Origin: an uncultured Pelagibacteraceae bacterium
Lineage (GTDB): Bacteria > Pseudomonadota > Alphaproteobacteria > Pelagibacterales > Pelagibacteraceae
Length of the DNA stretch: 64,000 nt
Direction of reading: 5' to 3'
NCBI GenBank assembly: GCA_902558225.1
Contig: CACEDG010000002.1
Location: 21,661 to 85,660, forward strand
A program made the position numbers and the translations under genes. The notes under the pieces are model-generated. The model saw nothing but the letters and a program-made list of their open reading frames with translations, ran no database searches and had not been told where the DNA came from. Shown one piece after another: positions 19,724 through 28,269 of this stretch (within the stretch, counting starts at the first letter, position 1; each line of letters starts with the position of its first letter).

Positions 19724-20807
19724 TCATATAATGATTAATGTTTTTACTAATAATTAGGTGACCATTTTTATTCCAATGCACATCGCAAGGGATAAAATTG
19801 TTTAAATAATTATTAGGCTTATTTTCAATTATAAAATCATCTCTAGTATCAATTAAAACAACTTTGTTATTTAGCGACCACTCATTTAAAAATTTAAAAT
19901 GTTTACTATTTTCTGAATTTATTTCGTCAATTACCTCAAGTGCTGAGGGATAATTAACAATTATTATCTCAAATTTATATTTTTTGGATAGAGATTTAAT
20001 CTTATTTAAATAATCTAATGATTTATTAATACCTTCCTCAACCCATTTTTGATCAACAATTTTGTCATAATAACTATAACCAAACCTCTTTGAATCTAAA
20101 TAATTTTTATAGTTAATGACATTAGTTTTTTGGATACATTTTTGAGTGTTATTAGAAATGGTTGGAGCTGATATATTTTCATAAAATTTGAAAATAAAAG
20201 AATTTTGTTTAAGGTAATTTTTAATTTTATATTTCCTATTTTTTGTTTCAACTTGATTGTCATCTAACCATTTTCTTACAATATTCCCTTTTTTATCCTC
20301 TCTGTAAAATTGTGCTTCATCTTGTATATCGGAATGATCAACAAATATGAAAATTTTTTCAAAAGAAATTTTTTTCTCTTCAATGATATTTTTAATTAAT
20401 TTATAATATATTGAGGGCGAATAACTGACATAGCCAAGATTTAAGAAATTGTAGTTTGATTTTTTAATTTGAGAGATAAAGTGATCTCTATAATCAATAC
20501 CGGATCCGTAAACAAATGAATCTCCAATAAATCCAATATTTTTTTTTGATCTATCAATAAAAAAATTATCATTTTCTCCTATCCTCATGGATAGTTCATT
20601 AGTTTTAACTTTATATTTTTTTTTACCCCAAAATTCATAAACATTTATGTTTGCTGCTATACTGTGGTGAAATTTATCAGATTTTAATGAATAATTTCTC
20701 GATGTACCAATTTTTTTTTTTAATTTTTCAGGTAAAATTATATTGATAAATAAATCAAAGATTAAAACAAGAAGTGTAATGATTATAAAATTTTTAAAAA
20801 ATTTCAT
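19710..20807 (-). CDS. Membrane-anchored SGNH/GDSL hydrolase-fold protein (tandem paralogue)
   Basis: IGDSFVYG, NLGYVSYSP, DVHWN. Start likely ATG at 20807 (MKFFK) because 20831 would overlap the divergent gene's start. Confidence 0.8.
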   Translation of the reverse strand: MKFFKNFIIITLLVLIFDLFINIILPEKLKKKIGTSRNYSLKSDKFHHSIAANINVYEFWGKKKYKVKTNELSMRIGENDNFFIDRSKKNIGFIGDSFVYGSGIDYRDHFISQIKKSNYNFLNLGYVSYSPSIYYKLIKNIIEEKKISFEKIFIFVDHSDIQDEAQFYREDKKGNIVRKWLDDNQVETKNRKYKIKNYLKQNSFIFKFYENISAPTISNNTQKCIQKTNVINYKNYLDSKRFGYSYYDKIVDQKWVEEGINKSLDYLNKIKSLSKKYKFEIIIVNYPSALEVIDEINSENSKHFKFLNEWSLNNKVVLIDTRDDFIIENKPNNYLNNFIPCDVHWNKNGHLIISKNINHYMNEKN

Positions 20808-20830
20808 AACTAAGTATTTCATATAGCCCA

Positions 20831-23425
20831 ATGTTTGTTGAAGCTCAATTAATTTTAATTTTTATATTCAGTCTATTATTAACAAGTATTTTTAATAATA
20901 AAATTATTAAAACAATATTAAGTGTTTTTTTAACATTTTTTTTAATATTTGAAATTATTTCTTACTATTTAACAGATGAACTTATTGATTATCGTTTTTT
21001 TATTCATACAGATATTTCCTCAATTAAAGTTTTTTATTTTCAATTTAAAAAAGAAATATTATTTTTAATTTTTTTAATTATCATAATAAATTACATAATT
21101 ATTAAAGTTGATTTAAAAAAAATTTTAAGTTTTAAAAAATCTTATTATTTTTTATTGATATTTGTTTTTTTATCTATTTCTCTTCCTAACAAAAGTGCGA
21201 TTAACAAATTATATGAAATCAACAAAATATATAATAAAAATTTATTTTACGATATAAGTGAATTTAATAATAAAAAATCAAAAGAATATGAAGATTTTGT
21301 AAAAAAAAACAATCTTAACTATTTAATTATCAATGAAAATTTAGAATCAAAAAAAAATTATAATATATTATATTTAACATTAGAATCTATTGATACTGGC
21401 TTCATAGAGTCGCTCCCAGAGTTAACTCCTAATTTAAACAAACTTAAAAAAGAATGGAATTTCAAAAAAATCAAAAACGTTAATGGTTGTGGATGGTCTA
21501 GTGGAAATTTATATTGTATAATGACTGGGTTACCAGCATATTTTCCTTTCGAAAAAAATAAAATATTTCAGGGATTAAAAGAGATAAAAATTATATCTTT
21601 AGGAGACATATTTAAAAAGTCTCAATTTGATTTTCAAGAGTATTTTGTAGGTGAGTCAACGTTTGTAGGAACTAAAGATTTATTAGAAACGATGAATTTT
21701 AATGTTTTTGATCATAATAAATCAACTGGCAATTATAAAGTGTATCCAAACGAGTTTGGTTTTCACGATAAAGATTTATTTTATGAAATAAAAAAAAGAA
21801 TAAAAAATCTTAAAATGAAAAATAATTCTTTTGTAATTTACGCTGCAACAATTAATTCCCATTTAAACGGAATAAAAGATGATAGAATGAGTGCACTCAT
21901 AGGAAATAATTACAATAATGATCTTGAACATTCCGTAAAATCTTTAGATTATCTTATTGGTGACCTAATAAAATTTTTAGAACGAGAAAAACTATTAGAA
22001 AATACAGCTGTTTTTATTGGACCTGATCATTTGTTGCCAAATAATAAATCTATCAAAGAAACCTATAAAAAATTTAGCGATATTGAGAGGTCATTATATT
22101 TAATTTCAAATAAGGATTTTCCATCAAGTATTACTCAAACACAAATTGAAATCCCAAAAATAGTACTGGATACAGCAAAAATAAAACATAATCATAAGTT
22201 TTTTTTTGAATACAATTCAATTGAAAATTTAGATGAATACTTAAATAAAAATAAATCTAATTTTTCTTTTTTTAATAAATCAAATGTAAATTTTATCGAA
22301 GCACCCAAAGTCATCAATCTTTCGATTGAAGATAATATTTTAAGTTTAATAAACGATGATTCTAAAATATATGAATTAAAGTTAGAAAATAAATCTCTTT
22401 CATATGTAAATTTACTATTTGATAAGGATTTCATTTTTAAAAATGACGAAAATCCTAAAGAAAGTATATCTGCTAGAAGAATAAGTAGAGAGGATGAAAA
22501 ATTTAAATATCATCATTTAACTGTTTTAAAAAATGATAATAAAATTATTAGTGCAAAATTTATAAACTCATACGACAAATCAATAATGCACTTCAAATTA
22601 GATAACGGTTTAGCAAAATTTGATGTGAAAAATTATAAAAAAAACAATGATTTTACTGACTACTTAAATGATAAAAATAGATTTATTGCTCACGCTGGTG
22701 GTGGTTTAAATGGGCAAAAATATTTGAATACTTTAGAGGCTTTGAATGAGAATTATTCAAAAGGACTTAAACTATTTGAATTGGATCTAAAATTAACTTC
22801 TGATGGATTTATTGTTGCAGTTCACGATTGGGAAAATTGGAAAAAAAACTCTAATTATAAAGGGAATATTCCACCCAAATTGAGTGATTTTAATAAAGTA
22901 AAAATATTTAATAAATATACTCCGTTAGATTATCAAAAAATTAATACATGGTTTGATCAGAATAAAGATACAATTCTTATAACTGATAAAATAAAAGATT
23001 TATTTGCAATTAACAATCAAGTAAAAATTGATAAATCAAGAATATTCATAGAGACGTTTAGTGAGGATAGCACAATAAAATTTATAAATAGTGGCTATAA
23101 CGTGATTGCAAATATTGATTTTTTAAAGTTGATACAAAACCCTATTAATTTCTTAATTGATAATAGAATTAAATATATTTCAGTGCCCCATATAATAAAA
23201 GATGATTTAAAATATAATTTTTTAAATTATCTAAAAAGTTTTTATAAAGATGAGTTTACTAAAAAATTATTAGAAAACGGCTTCAAATTTTATGCTTATG
23301 GACTAAATGAGAAAAAAGATAAAATTACTGAAATAGATATTATATGTAATTATAGAAATATTTTTTATGGAATGTATGTAGATGAGTGGGATTTTGATAA
23401 ATCATTTAAGTTGTGTGAAAATTAA
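20831..23425 (+). CDS. OpgB/LTA-synthase-like phosphoglycerol transferase fused to a GDPD-like domain
   Basis: N-terminal TMs; NILYLTLES, PELTPNL, GFHDKDLF, TINSH, PDHL; C-terminal IAHAGGG, NTLEAL, FELDLKLTSDG..VHD. Confidence 0.72.
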   Translation: MFVEAQLILIFIFSLLLTSIFNNKIIKTILSVFLTFFLIFEIISYYLTDELIDYRFFIHTDISSIKVFYFQFKKEILFLIFLIIIINYIIIKVDLKKILSFKKSYYFLLIFVFLSISLPNKSAINKLYEINKIYNKNLFYDISEFNNKKSKEYEDFVKKNNLNYLIINENLESKKNYNILYLTLESIDTGFIESLPELTPNLNKLKKEWNFKKIKNVNGCGWSSGNLYCIMTGLPAYFPFEKNKIFQGLKEIKIISLGDIFKKSQFDFQEYFVGESTFVGTKDLLETMNFNVFDHNKSTGNYKVYPNEFGFHDKDLFYEIKKRIKNLKMKNNSFVIYAATINSHLNGIKDDRMSALIGNNYNNDLEHSVKSLDYLIGDLIKFLEREKLLENTAVFIGPDHLLPNNKSIKETYKKFSDIERSLYLISNKDFPSSITQTQIEIPKIVLDTAKIKHNHKFFFEYNSIENLDEYLNKNKSNFSFFNKSNVNFIEAPKVINLSIEDNILSLINDDSKIYELKLENKSLSYVNLLFDKDFIFKNDENPKESISARRISREDEKFKYHHLTVLKNDNKIISAKFINSYDKSIMHFKLDNGLAKFDVKNYKKNNDFTDYLNDKNRFIAHAGGGLNGQKYLNTLEALNENYSKGLKLFELDLKLTSDGFIVAVHDWENWKKNSNYKGNIPPKLSDFNKVKIFNKYTPLDYQKINTWFDQNKDTILITDKIKDLFAINNQVKIDKSRIFIETFSEDSTIKFINSGYNVIANIDFLKLIQNPINFLIDNRIKYISVPHIIKDDLKYNFLNYLKSFYKDEFTKKLLENGFKFYAYGLNEKKDKITEIDIICNYRNIFYGMYVDEWDFDKSFKLCEN

Positions 23426-23435
23426 TTAAGCTAGT

Positions 23436-24587
23436 TTATAAAATTACCAAGTCTAGTTTTTGTTTTCCTAGTCGTTCATTACCATTTTTAGTAACTAAAT
23501 AAGTCTCACCTAAATTCATTGCTAATTGATTTTCTGAATCCATTAAAATCATGTGTATGAAAAAAACATTACCTTGTTCAATTGTGTAAGGATTCTTAGT
23601 ATATAACATTGGCCAATCCATCCAATTAGGGGAAAAAGTGGCTCCGAGTGAATAGCCACAAGCATTCATTCTTGCTTTATTGAAACCAAGTTCATCAAAT
23701 GTCTGGGCGTGTACGTCAAAAACCTCGCCAACTTTATTTCCGGGTACTAATTTTTTTTCACAATTCTTTAATGCTTCGATAGTTGCTTCGTGCATTTTGA
23801 AATGTTCTTTTTTAGCTTTTCCAATAGGGATTGTTCTAAACATTGCAGAGTGGTAATGTTTAAATGTACCTGCCCATTCAATAGTCAATTGATCTGGATT
23901 GGAAAGAATTTGTTTTTCGGATTGATATCTACATAACAAGGCATTTTTTCCAGAGCCAATTATAAATTCATTTGCTGGATAATCACCACCACCCTCAAAA
24001 ATAACTCTATTCATTTCTGCAAGTATTTTAGACTCACTTATTCCAGCTTTAGCACATTTCCAAACTTCATCTAGAGCCCGATCAGCTAGTTCAGCAGCTT
24101 TTTTAACATAAATTATTTCTTCATTGGATTTTATTACTCGAAGTTTTGTGATTAGTTCTGATTGATCCTCCAAATAACAGTATTTTTCTAATGATTTATT
24201 CAATCTAATAGCATTACGCCCAGTCATTCCATAAGCCTCGTACTCAACACCAATTTTTTTATTTTTTAAATTTAGTTCATCCAAAATTATTTTTAAATCG
24301 TTAATAGGATTTGATCCATCTTCGTCCACCCAAATTCTTATATCATCTATATTTGAGGTATTTTGTGCTTGTCTTAAATCTGGAGCTCTTGTTAAAAGAA
24401 TAATATTTCCTTTCTGGTCCATTATTAAAGTTTGGAAAAAAACAAAACCAAATGTATCATAACCAGTTAACCAATACATTGACTCTTGCCTAAACATTAA
24501 AATTGCATCCAAACTAAGTTTTTTCATTGACTCGATAGTATTTTTTTTTCTATTAGAAAATTCTTGATCGCTGAAATGTAAAGACAT
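23436..24587 (-). CDS. M24/creatinase-fold hydrolase (Xaa-Pro peptidase/DoeA-like)
   Basis: MYWLTGY, LRVIKSNEEI, YHSAMFRT, CGYSLG, GETYLVT. Confidence 0.82.
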   Translation of the reverse strand: MSLHFSDQEFSNRKKNTIESMKKLSLDAILMFRQESMYWLTGYDTFGFVFFQTLIMDQKGNIILLTRAPDLRQAQNTSNIDDIRIWVDEDGSNPINDLKIILDELNLKNKKIGVEYEAYGMTGRNAIRLNKSLEKYCYLEDQSELITKLRVIKSNEEIIYVKKAAELADRALDEVWKCAKAGISESKILAEMNRVIFEGGGDYPANEFIIGSGKNALLCRYQSEKQILSNPDQLTIEWAGTFKHYHSAMFRTIPIGKAKKEHFKMHEATIEALKNCEKKLVPGNKVGEVFDVHAQTFDELGFNKARMNACGYSLGATFSPNWMDWPMLYTKNPYTIEQGNVFFIHMILMDSENQLAMNLGETYLVTKNGNERLGKQKLDLVIL

Positions 24588-25363
24588 TAAGATATAATAG
24601 CTTTGACTAATCCTAATTTATCTACCCGTCCTTGATAAAGTCCTTTTCCTAAAATCGGAACAACTCCTAATGTGGATCCTGTGAATACGTAAAAATTTTT
24701 ATCCAATTTTATTCTATCTTTTTTTAATTTATTTAAGACAAACCTCAATGAATTCAAGGGGTTTATATAAACGGTATTAGTATTTCCGTTAACGCTTTGA
24801 TTAATTTTTTTATTTCTAATATTTGTTTTTAAATTTTTAACGTTATTTTTTCTATATTTCCTACTTGTTCCAATTAAAAATTTTATATTTGCACCAAAAT
24901 CGCTACATAAATCTCCAAAAGAGGAAATTCCTTTTTTTTTTTGCCTGTAACCAACTACTTCAATACATGGAGCTATATGTGAAATATATTTTGAAATATT
25001 CTTCATTGTAATTGATCCCTTACTTCTAAAAAAAGATTTTTTTACTTTATAACAAACCTCAAGTTCAATTCCTAAAGTGAATTTATTTATTTTTACCCTC
25101 TTGCCACTTTTTAAAAAATTTCTTTTATAAACAGATGCATAAAAGGGTTCTTTTTCTCTCAATTTTCTAATTAAGGGAATTCCTGTTCCTGCAGCTTTAA
25201 AACCTATTATTGGTTCTTTTATTTTACTTTCACACAACTTTCTTAACTTTTCAGCATTTGAAAGTTTTTTAGTAAATTTCGAAGGAATAGGTGAAATAAT
25301 TTTATTCTTTAGAAATGCATTAACTAATTTGTCAGAAACTGTATCAATCAATTTTTTTTTCAT
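24587..25363 (-). CDS. Divergent FAH-superfamily protein (2-keto-4-pentenoate hydratase-like)
   Basis: GFK, EPFY, IELEV, PCIEVV, SDFGAN, NPLNSL, FTGS. Confidence 0.7.
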   Translation of the reverse strand: MKKKLIDTVSDKLVNAFLKNKIISPIPSKFTKKLSNAEKLRKLCESKIKEPIIGFKAAGTGIPLIRKLREKEPFYASVYKRNFLKSGKRVKINKFTLGIELEVCYKVKKSFFRSKGSITMKNISKYISHIAPCIEVVGYRQKKKGISSFGDLCSDFGANIKFLIGTSRKYRKNNVKNLKTNIRNKKINQSVNGNTNTVYINPLNSLRFVLNKLKKDRIKLDKNFYVFTGSTLGVVPILGKGLYQGRVDKLGLVKAIIS

Positions 25364-25365
25364 GT

Positions 25366-26121
25366 TTAATGTGGTAAGAAGATGAAATTACTATATTTTT
25401 TAAAATCATCAAGCTCATCTGTACTTTTGATTAACCCATCTTGGTAATAATTTGATTTATAGCCAAGAGAATTTATAAAACCTATTGTTGAAGAAACCTT
25501 TTGTTTTGAGTGATTTTCATCTATCTCAACAATTAAAGTTGGTTTATTGCTTGATATAGTCTTAATACCTCCTTTTATAACCGGTATCTCGTGCCCTTCC
25601 ACATCAATTTTAATAAGAGATAATTTGTTTTTAAATTCAAAATCATCTAATTTTTTTGAATCAACTATTACTTTTTCATAATTCATAATTTTATTATCTT
25701 TATGGATTGTAGCTGTTCCTAATTTATAATATTCCTCATAATTATTTTTATTGGAATTTGGATTTCTTAATGGAATTTTTAATTCAACTTTTTCACTTTG
25801 ACTACTCAAAGCATAATTGTATAAAATAATATTGTTTCTCAACTTACTAAAATTTTTTTTTAAATTATTAAATAAAATGGGATTAGCCTCGAAAGAATGA
25901 ACTAATTTTGAGTATTTTGACATCTCATATGTATAAACACCTCTATAAACTCCAATGTCAATACTGTCATAATTTTTATCACTAAATTTTTTTACAAGTT
26001 CAATCTCATTTTCTTCATTATTTTTAATTGCTCTATCTAAGCGTCTTTTTAATAAAAAAGATTGAGAAAAAAAAACTTTCTTTAAAAAAAACTCTATCTC
26101 TTTATGAAATTTAAATCTCAT
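25366..26121 (-). CDS. FkbM-family methyltransferase
   Basis: IDIGVYRG, FEANP, ALS, LDD, IKIDVEGHE. Confidence 0.9.
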   Translation of the reverse strand: MRFKFHKEIEFFLKKVFFSQSFLLKRRLDRAIKNNEENEIELVKKFSDKNYDSIDIGVYRGVYTYEMSKYSKLVHSFEANPILFNNLKKNFSKLRNNIILYNYALSSQSEKVELKIPLRNPNSNKNNYEEYYKLGTATIHKDNKIMNYEKVIVDSKKLDDFEFKNKLSLIKIDVEGHEIPVIKGGIKTISSNKPTLIVEIDENHSKQKVSSTIGFINSLGYKSNYYQDGLIKSTDELDDFKKYSNFIFLPH

Positions 26122-26924
26122 TTTGTTATTATTGTCATTGGATCAAGTCTTGTCTGAAACCAATTTACTCTAAAATCTAGGTGTGGACCAGTTGATCTTC
26201 CTGTTGAGCCAACAGTGCCAATTATGTCTCCTTGATTAATTTTATCACCAACAGAAACCATTACATTTTCCAAATGTGAATAGATTGTGGAAATACCATG
26301 ACCATGATCCATTATTATTGTGCCGCCTGTGTAATAAAGATCATCTTCTGCCATTGTTACAATGCCTGAACCAGAGGATTTAATCATCGTACCTTTTTTG
26401 GCAGCAATATCAATTCCATAATGGGGCCACTTTGGTTTACCATTCAAAATTCTTTGACTGCCATAAACACCACTTATAATTCCATCAACGGGCATGATAA
26501 ATTGTTTTTTAAAAAAAGTTAAATCAGAATTAATTGCTCTTGCCTTACCAATTTTTTTATTTTCCTCTTTAATTCTATTGTAAACTGATTCAGGTGGAGT
26601 TACTTTACTTTCCTCTAAACCATCAATTCTTTGAATATTATATTTTCTCTTCAAAACTTTTTTGATTATTTTTTCTTTTATTCCATTTTGAATTTTTGTA
26701 ATTGTCAAATCGAATTTTCTATCTCTATCAATTCCAAATACAAAAAATCCATCTTTTGAAACTTTTACCTCTTTATTATCGATGATAATCTTAGCTGATG
26801 GGTTAGTTGTGCCAATTATATAATGACCTTGAATAAATTTTCCTTCAAACTCTATAGCACTAAGATGAGAGGGAATTAGAATGACTAATACAAGTAATAA
26901 TCTAATTATTATTTTGCTGTCCAT
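26118..26924 (-). CDS. M23 family metallopeptidase
   Basis: Signal peptide, HYGIDIA, DHGHG, YSHL, GRSTGPHL; start uncertain. Confidence 0.9.
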   Translation of the reverse strand: MDSKIIIRLLLVLVILIPSHLSAIEFEGKFIQGHYIIGTTNPSAKIIIDNKEVKVSKDGFFVFGIDRDRKFDLTITKIQNGIKEKIIKKVLKRKYNIQRIDGLEESKVTPPESVYNRIKEENKKIGKARAINSDLTFFKKQFIMPVDGIISGVYGSQRILNGKPKWPHYGIDIAAKKGTMIKSSGSGIVTMAEDDLYYTGGTIIMDHGHGISTIYSHLENVMVSVGDKINQGDIIGTVGSTGRSTGPHLDFRVNWFQTRLDPMTIITK

Positions 26925-27676
26925 CCACCATCAACCAATAATGAGGTTCCTGTGATCATTGATGCTGCATCTGAAGCTAAAAAAACTACTGCAGATGCTA
27001 CCTCAGATAATTCTGCAAATCTTCCAAGAGGGATATTATTAAGCATATCTCTTTTGAATTTTTTATTTTTCAAAAACTTTTTAGTCATTGGAGTTACAAC
27101 AAATGTTGGGCAAACAGTATTTACTCTAATATTATATTTTGCTAAATCAATTGACATCCCCTTAGTTAAACCCTCTAAGCCAAATTTGTTCATGTTATAA
27201 ACACTTCTGATAGGACCACCTACATGACCCATCTGAGAAGACATATTAACAATAGATCCACCTAATTTTTTTCTGTTTTTCGATTTTATCATTTTCAAAG
27301 CACAAAGATGAGCAAGATTAAAACTAGCTATTGTATTAATCTTGACCATGTATTCCATATCTTCTTTCTTAACTTTAGTAAAATGTGCTGGCCTGTTATT
27401 TCCAGCGTTATTAATTAAAATATCTATTTTAGGTTGCTTGTTAATAATTTCTTTAATTTCATCATAGTTAGTAATATCACATACATAAGATTTACATTTT
27501 GATTTAAATTTTTTTATTCTCTTAGATACCTCGTTTAAATCTTTATTAGTTCTACTAATTATTACTAAATTTGCCCCTGCTTCTGCTAAAGCAATTGCGC
27601 AAGCTCTACCTATTCCTTTACCTGCTCCAGTTACAACAGCAGTTTTATTTCTAAAATTATAATTTTTTAAGAACAT
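26909..27676 (-). CDS. SDR oxidoreductase (possibly HpsO-like)
   Basis: TGAGKGIG, NNAG, SSQMGHVGG, YNMNK, CPTF, VDGGW. Confidence 0.88.
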   Translation of the reverse strand: MFLKNYNFRNKTAVVTGAGKGIGRACAIALAEAGANLVIISRTNKDLNEVSKRIKKFKSKCKSYVCDITNYDEIKEIINKQPKIDILINNAGNNRPAHFTKVKKEDMEYMVKINTIASFNLAHLCALKMIKSKNRKKLGGSIVNMSSQMGHVGGPIRSVYNMNKFGLEGLTKGMSIDLAKYNIRVNTVCPTFVVTPMTKKFLKNKKFKRDMLNNIPLGRFAELSEVASAVVFLASDAASMITGTSLLVDGGWTAK

Positions 27677-28269
27677 TATAAAAATAATATTTTAATATCT
27701 GTGTAAATCAACTCAATAGCAACAAGAAGAATTGCTAATAAACCTGCCCAAGCTATCCATTTATATTTTTTTATCCAATTAGATATTAAAGTAGCAGCTG
27801 TTGCCATTAATATAATGGATAAAACTAACCCAAAAACTAAAAGATAATAGTGATCACCCGCAGCTCCAGCAACTCCTAACACGTTATCTAAACTCATTGT
27901 GAAGTCAGCTAGCAAAATTGTCCAAATAGCTTTGAGGAAACTTGAATTATCTACTTTTATATTAGTGCCATAATCTGTACCTTTGATTACATCAACGTAT
28001 AACTTATAGACTATATAGAGTAGAAGTAACCCTCCAAACAATCTCAAACCAGTTATTTGTAATAAATAAGCTGTTAGAAGAGTTAAAATAATTCTTAAAA
28101 CTACAGCTCCACCAATACCCCAAAAGATAATTTTCTTTCTTTGCTCAGTTGGAAATTTCGATGCGACCATCCCAATAATGATTGCATTATCACCTGCTAA
28201 AACAAGATCTATTAAAATAATTTGTGTTAAAATTGTTATTTGCTCTGGCGTGATTAATTCAGTGAACAT
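27676..28269 (-). CDS. TerC/YjbE-family membrane protein
   Basis: DLVLAGDNA, ADFTMSLDNVLGVAGAA. Confidence 0.9.
   Translation of the reverse strand: MFTELITPEQITILTQIILIDLVLAGDNAIIIGMVASKFPTEQRKKIIFWGIGGAVVLRIILTLLTAYLLQITGLRLFGGLLLLYIVYKLYVDVIKGTDYGTNIKVDNSSFLKAIWTILLADFTMSLDNVLGVAGAAGDHYYLLVFGLVLSIILMATAATLISNWIKKYKWIAWAGLLAILLVAIELIYTDIKILFL

Noticed and set aside
20711-20721. 11-nt homopolymer in the SGNH gene (also 24932-24942 and 16478-16487) as phase-variation tracts
   Set aside because: A/T runs are frequent throughout this AT-rich window and all frames are intact; no evidence of switching.
16234-20807. Saxitoxin biosynthesis cluster
   Set aside because: Only the widespread sxtI/J/K/L-like families are present; core genes such as sxtA, sxtG and sxtB are not seen.
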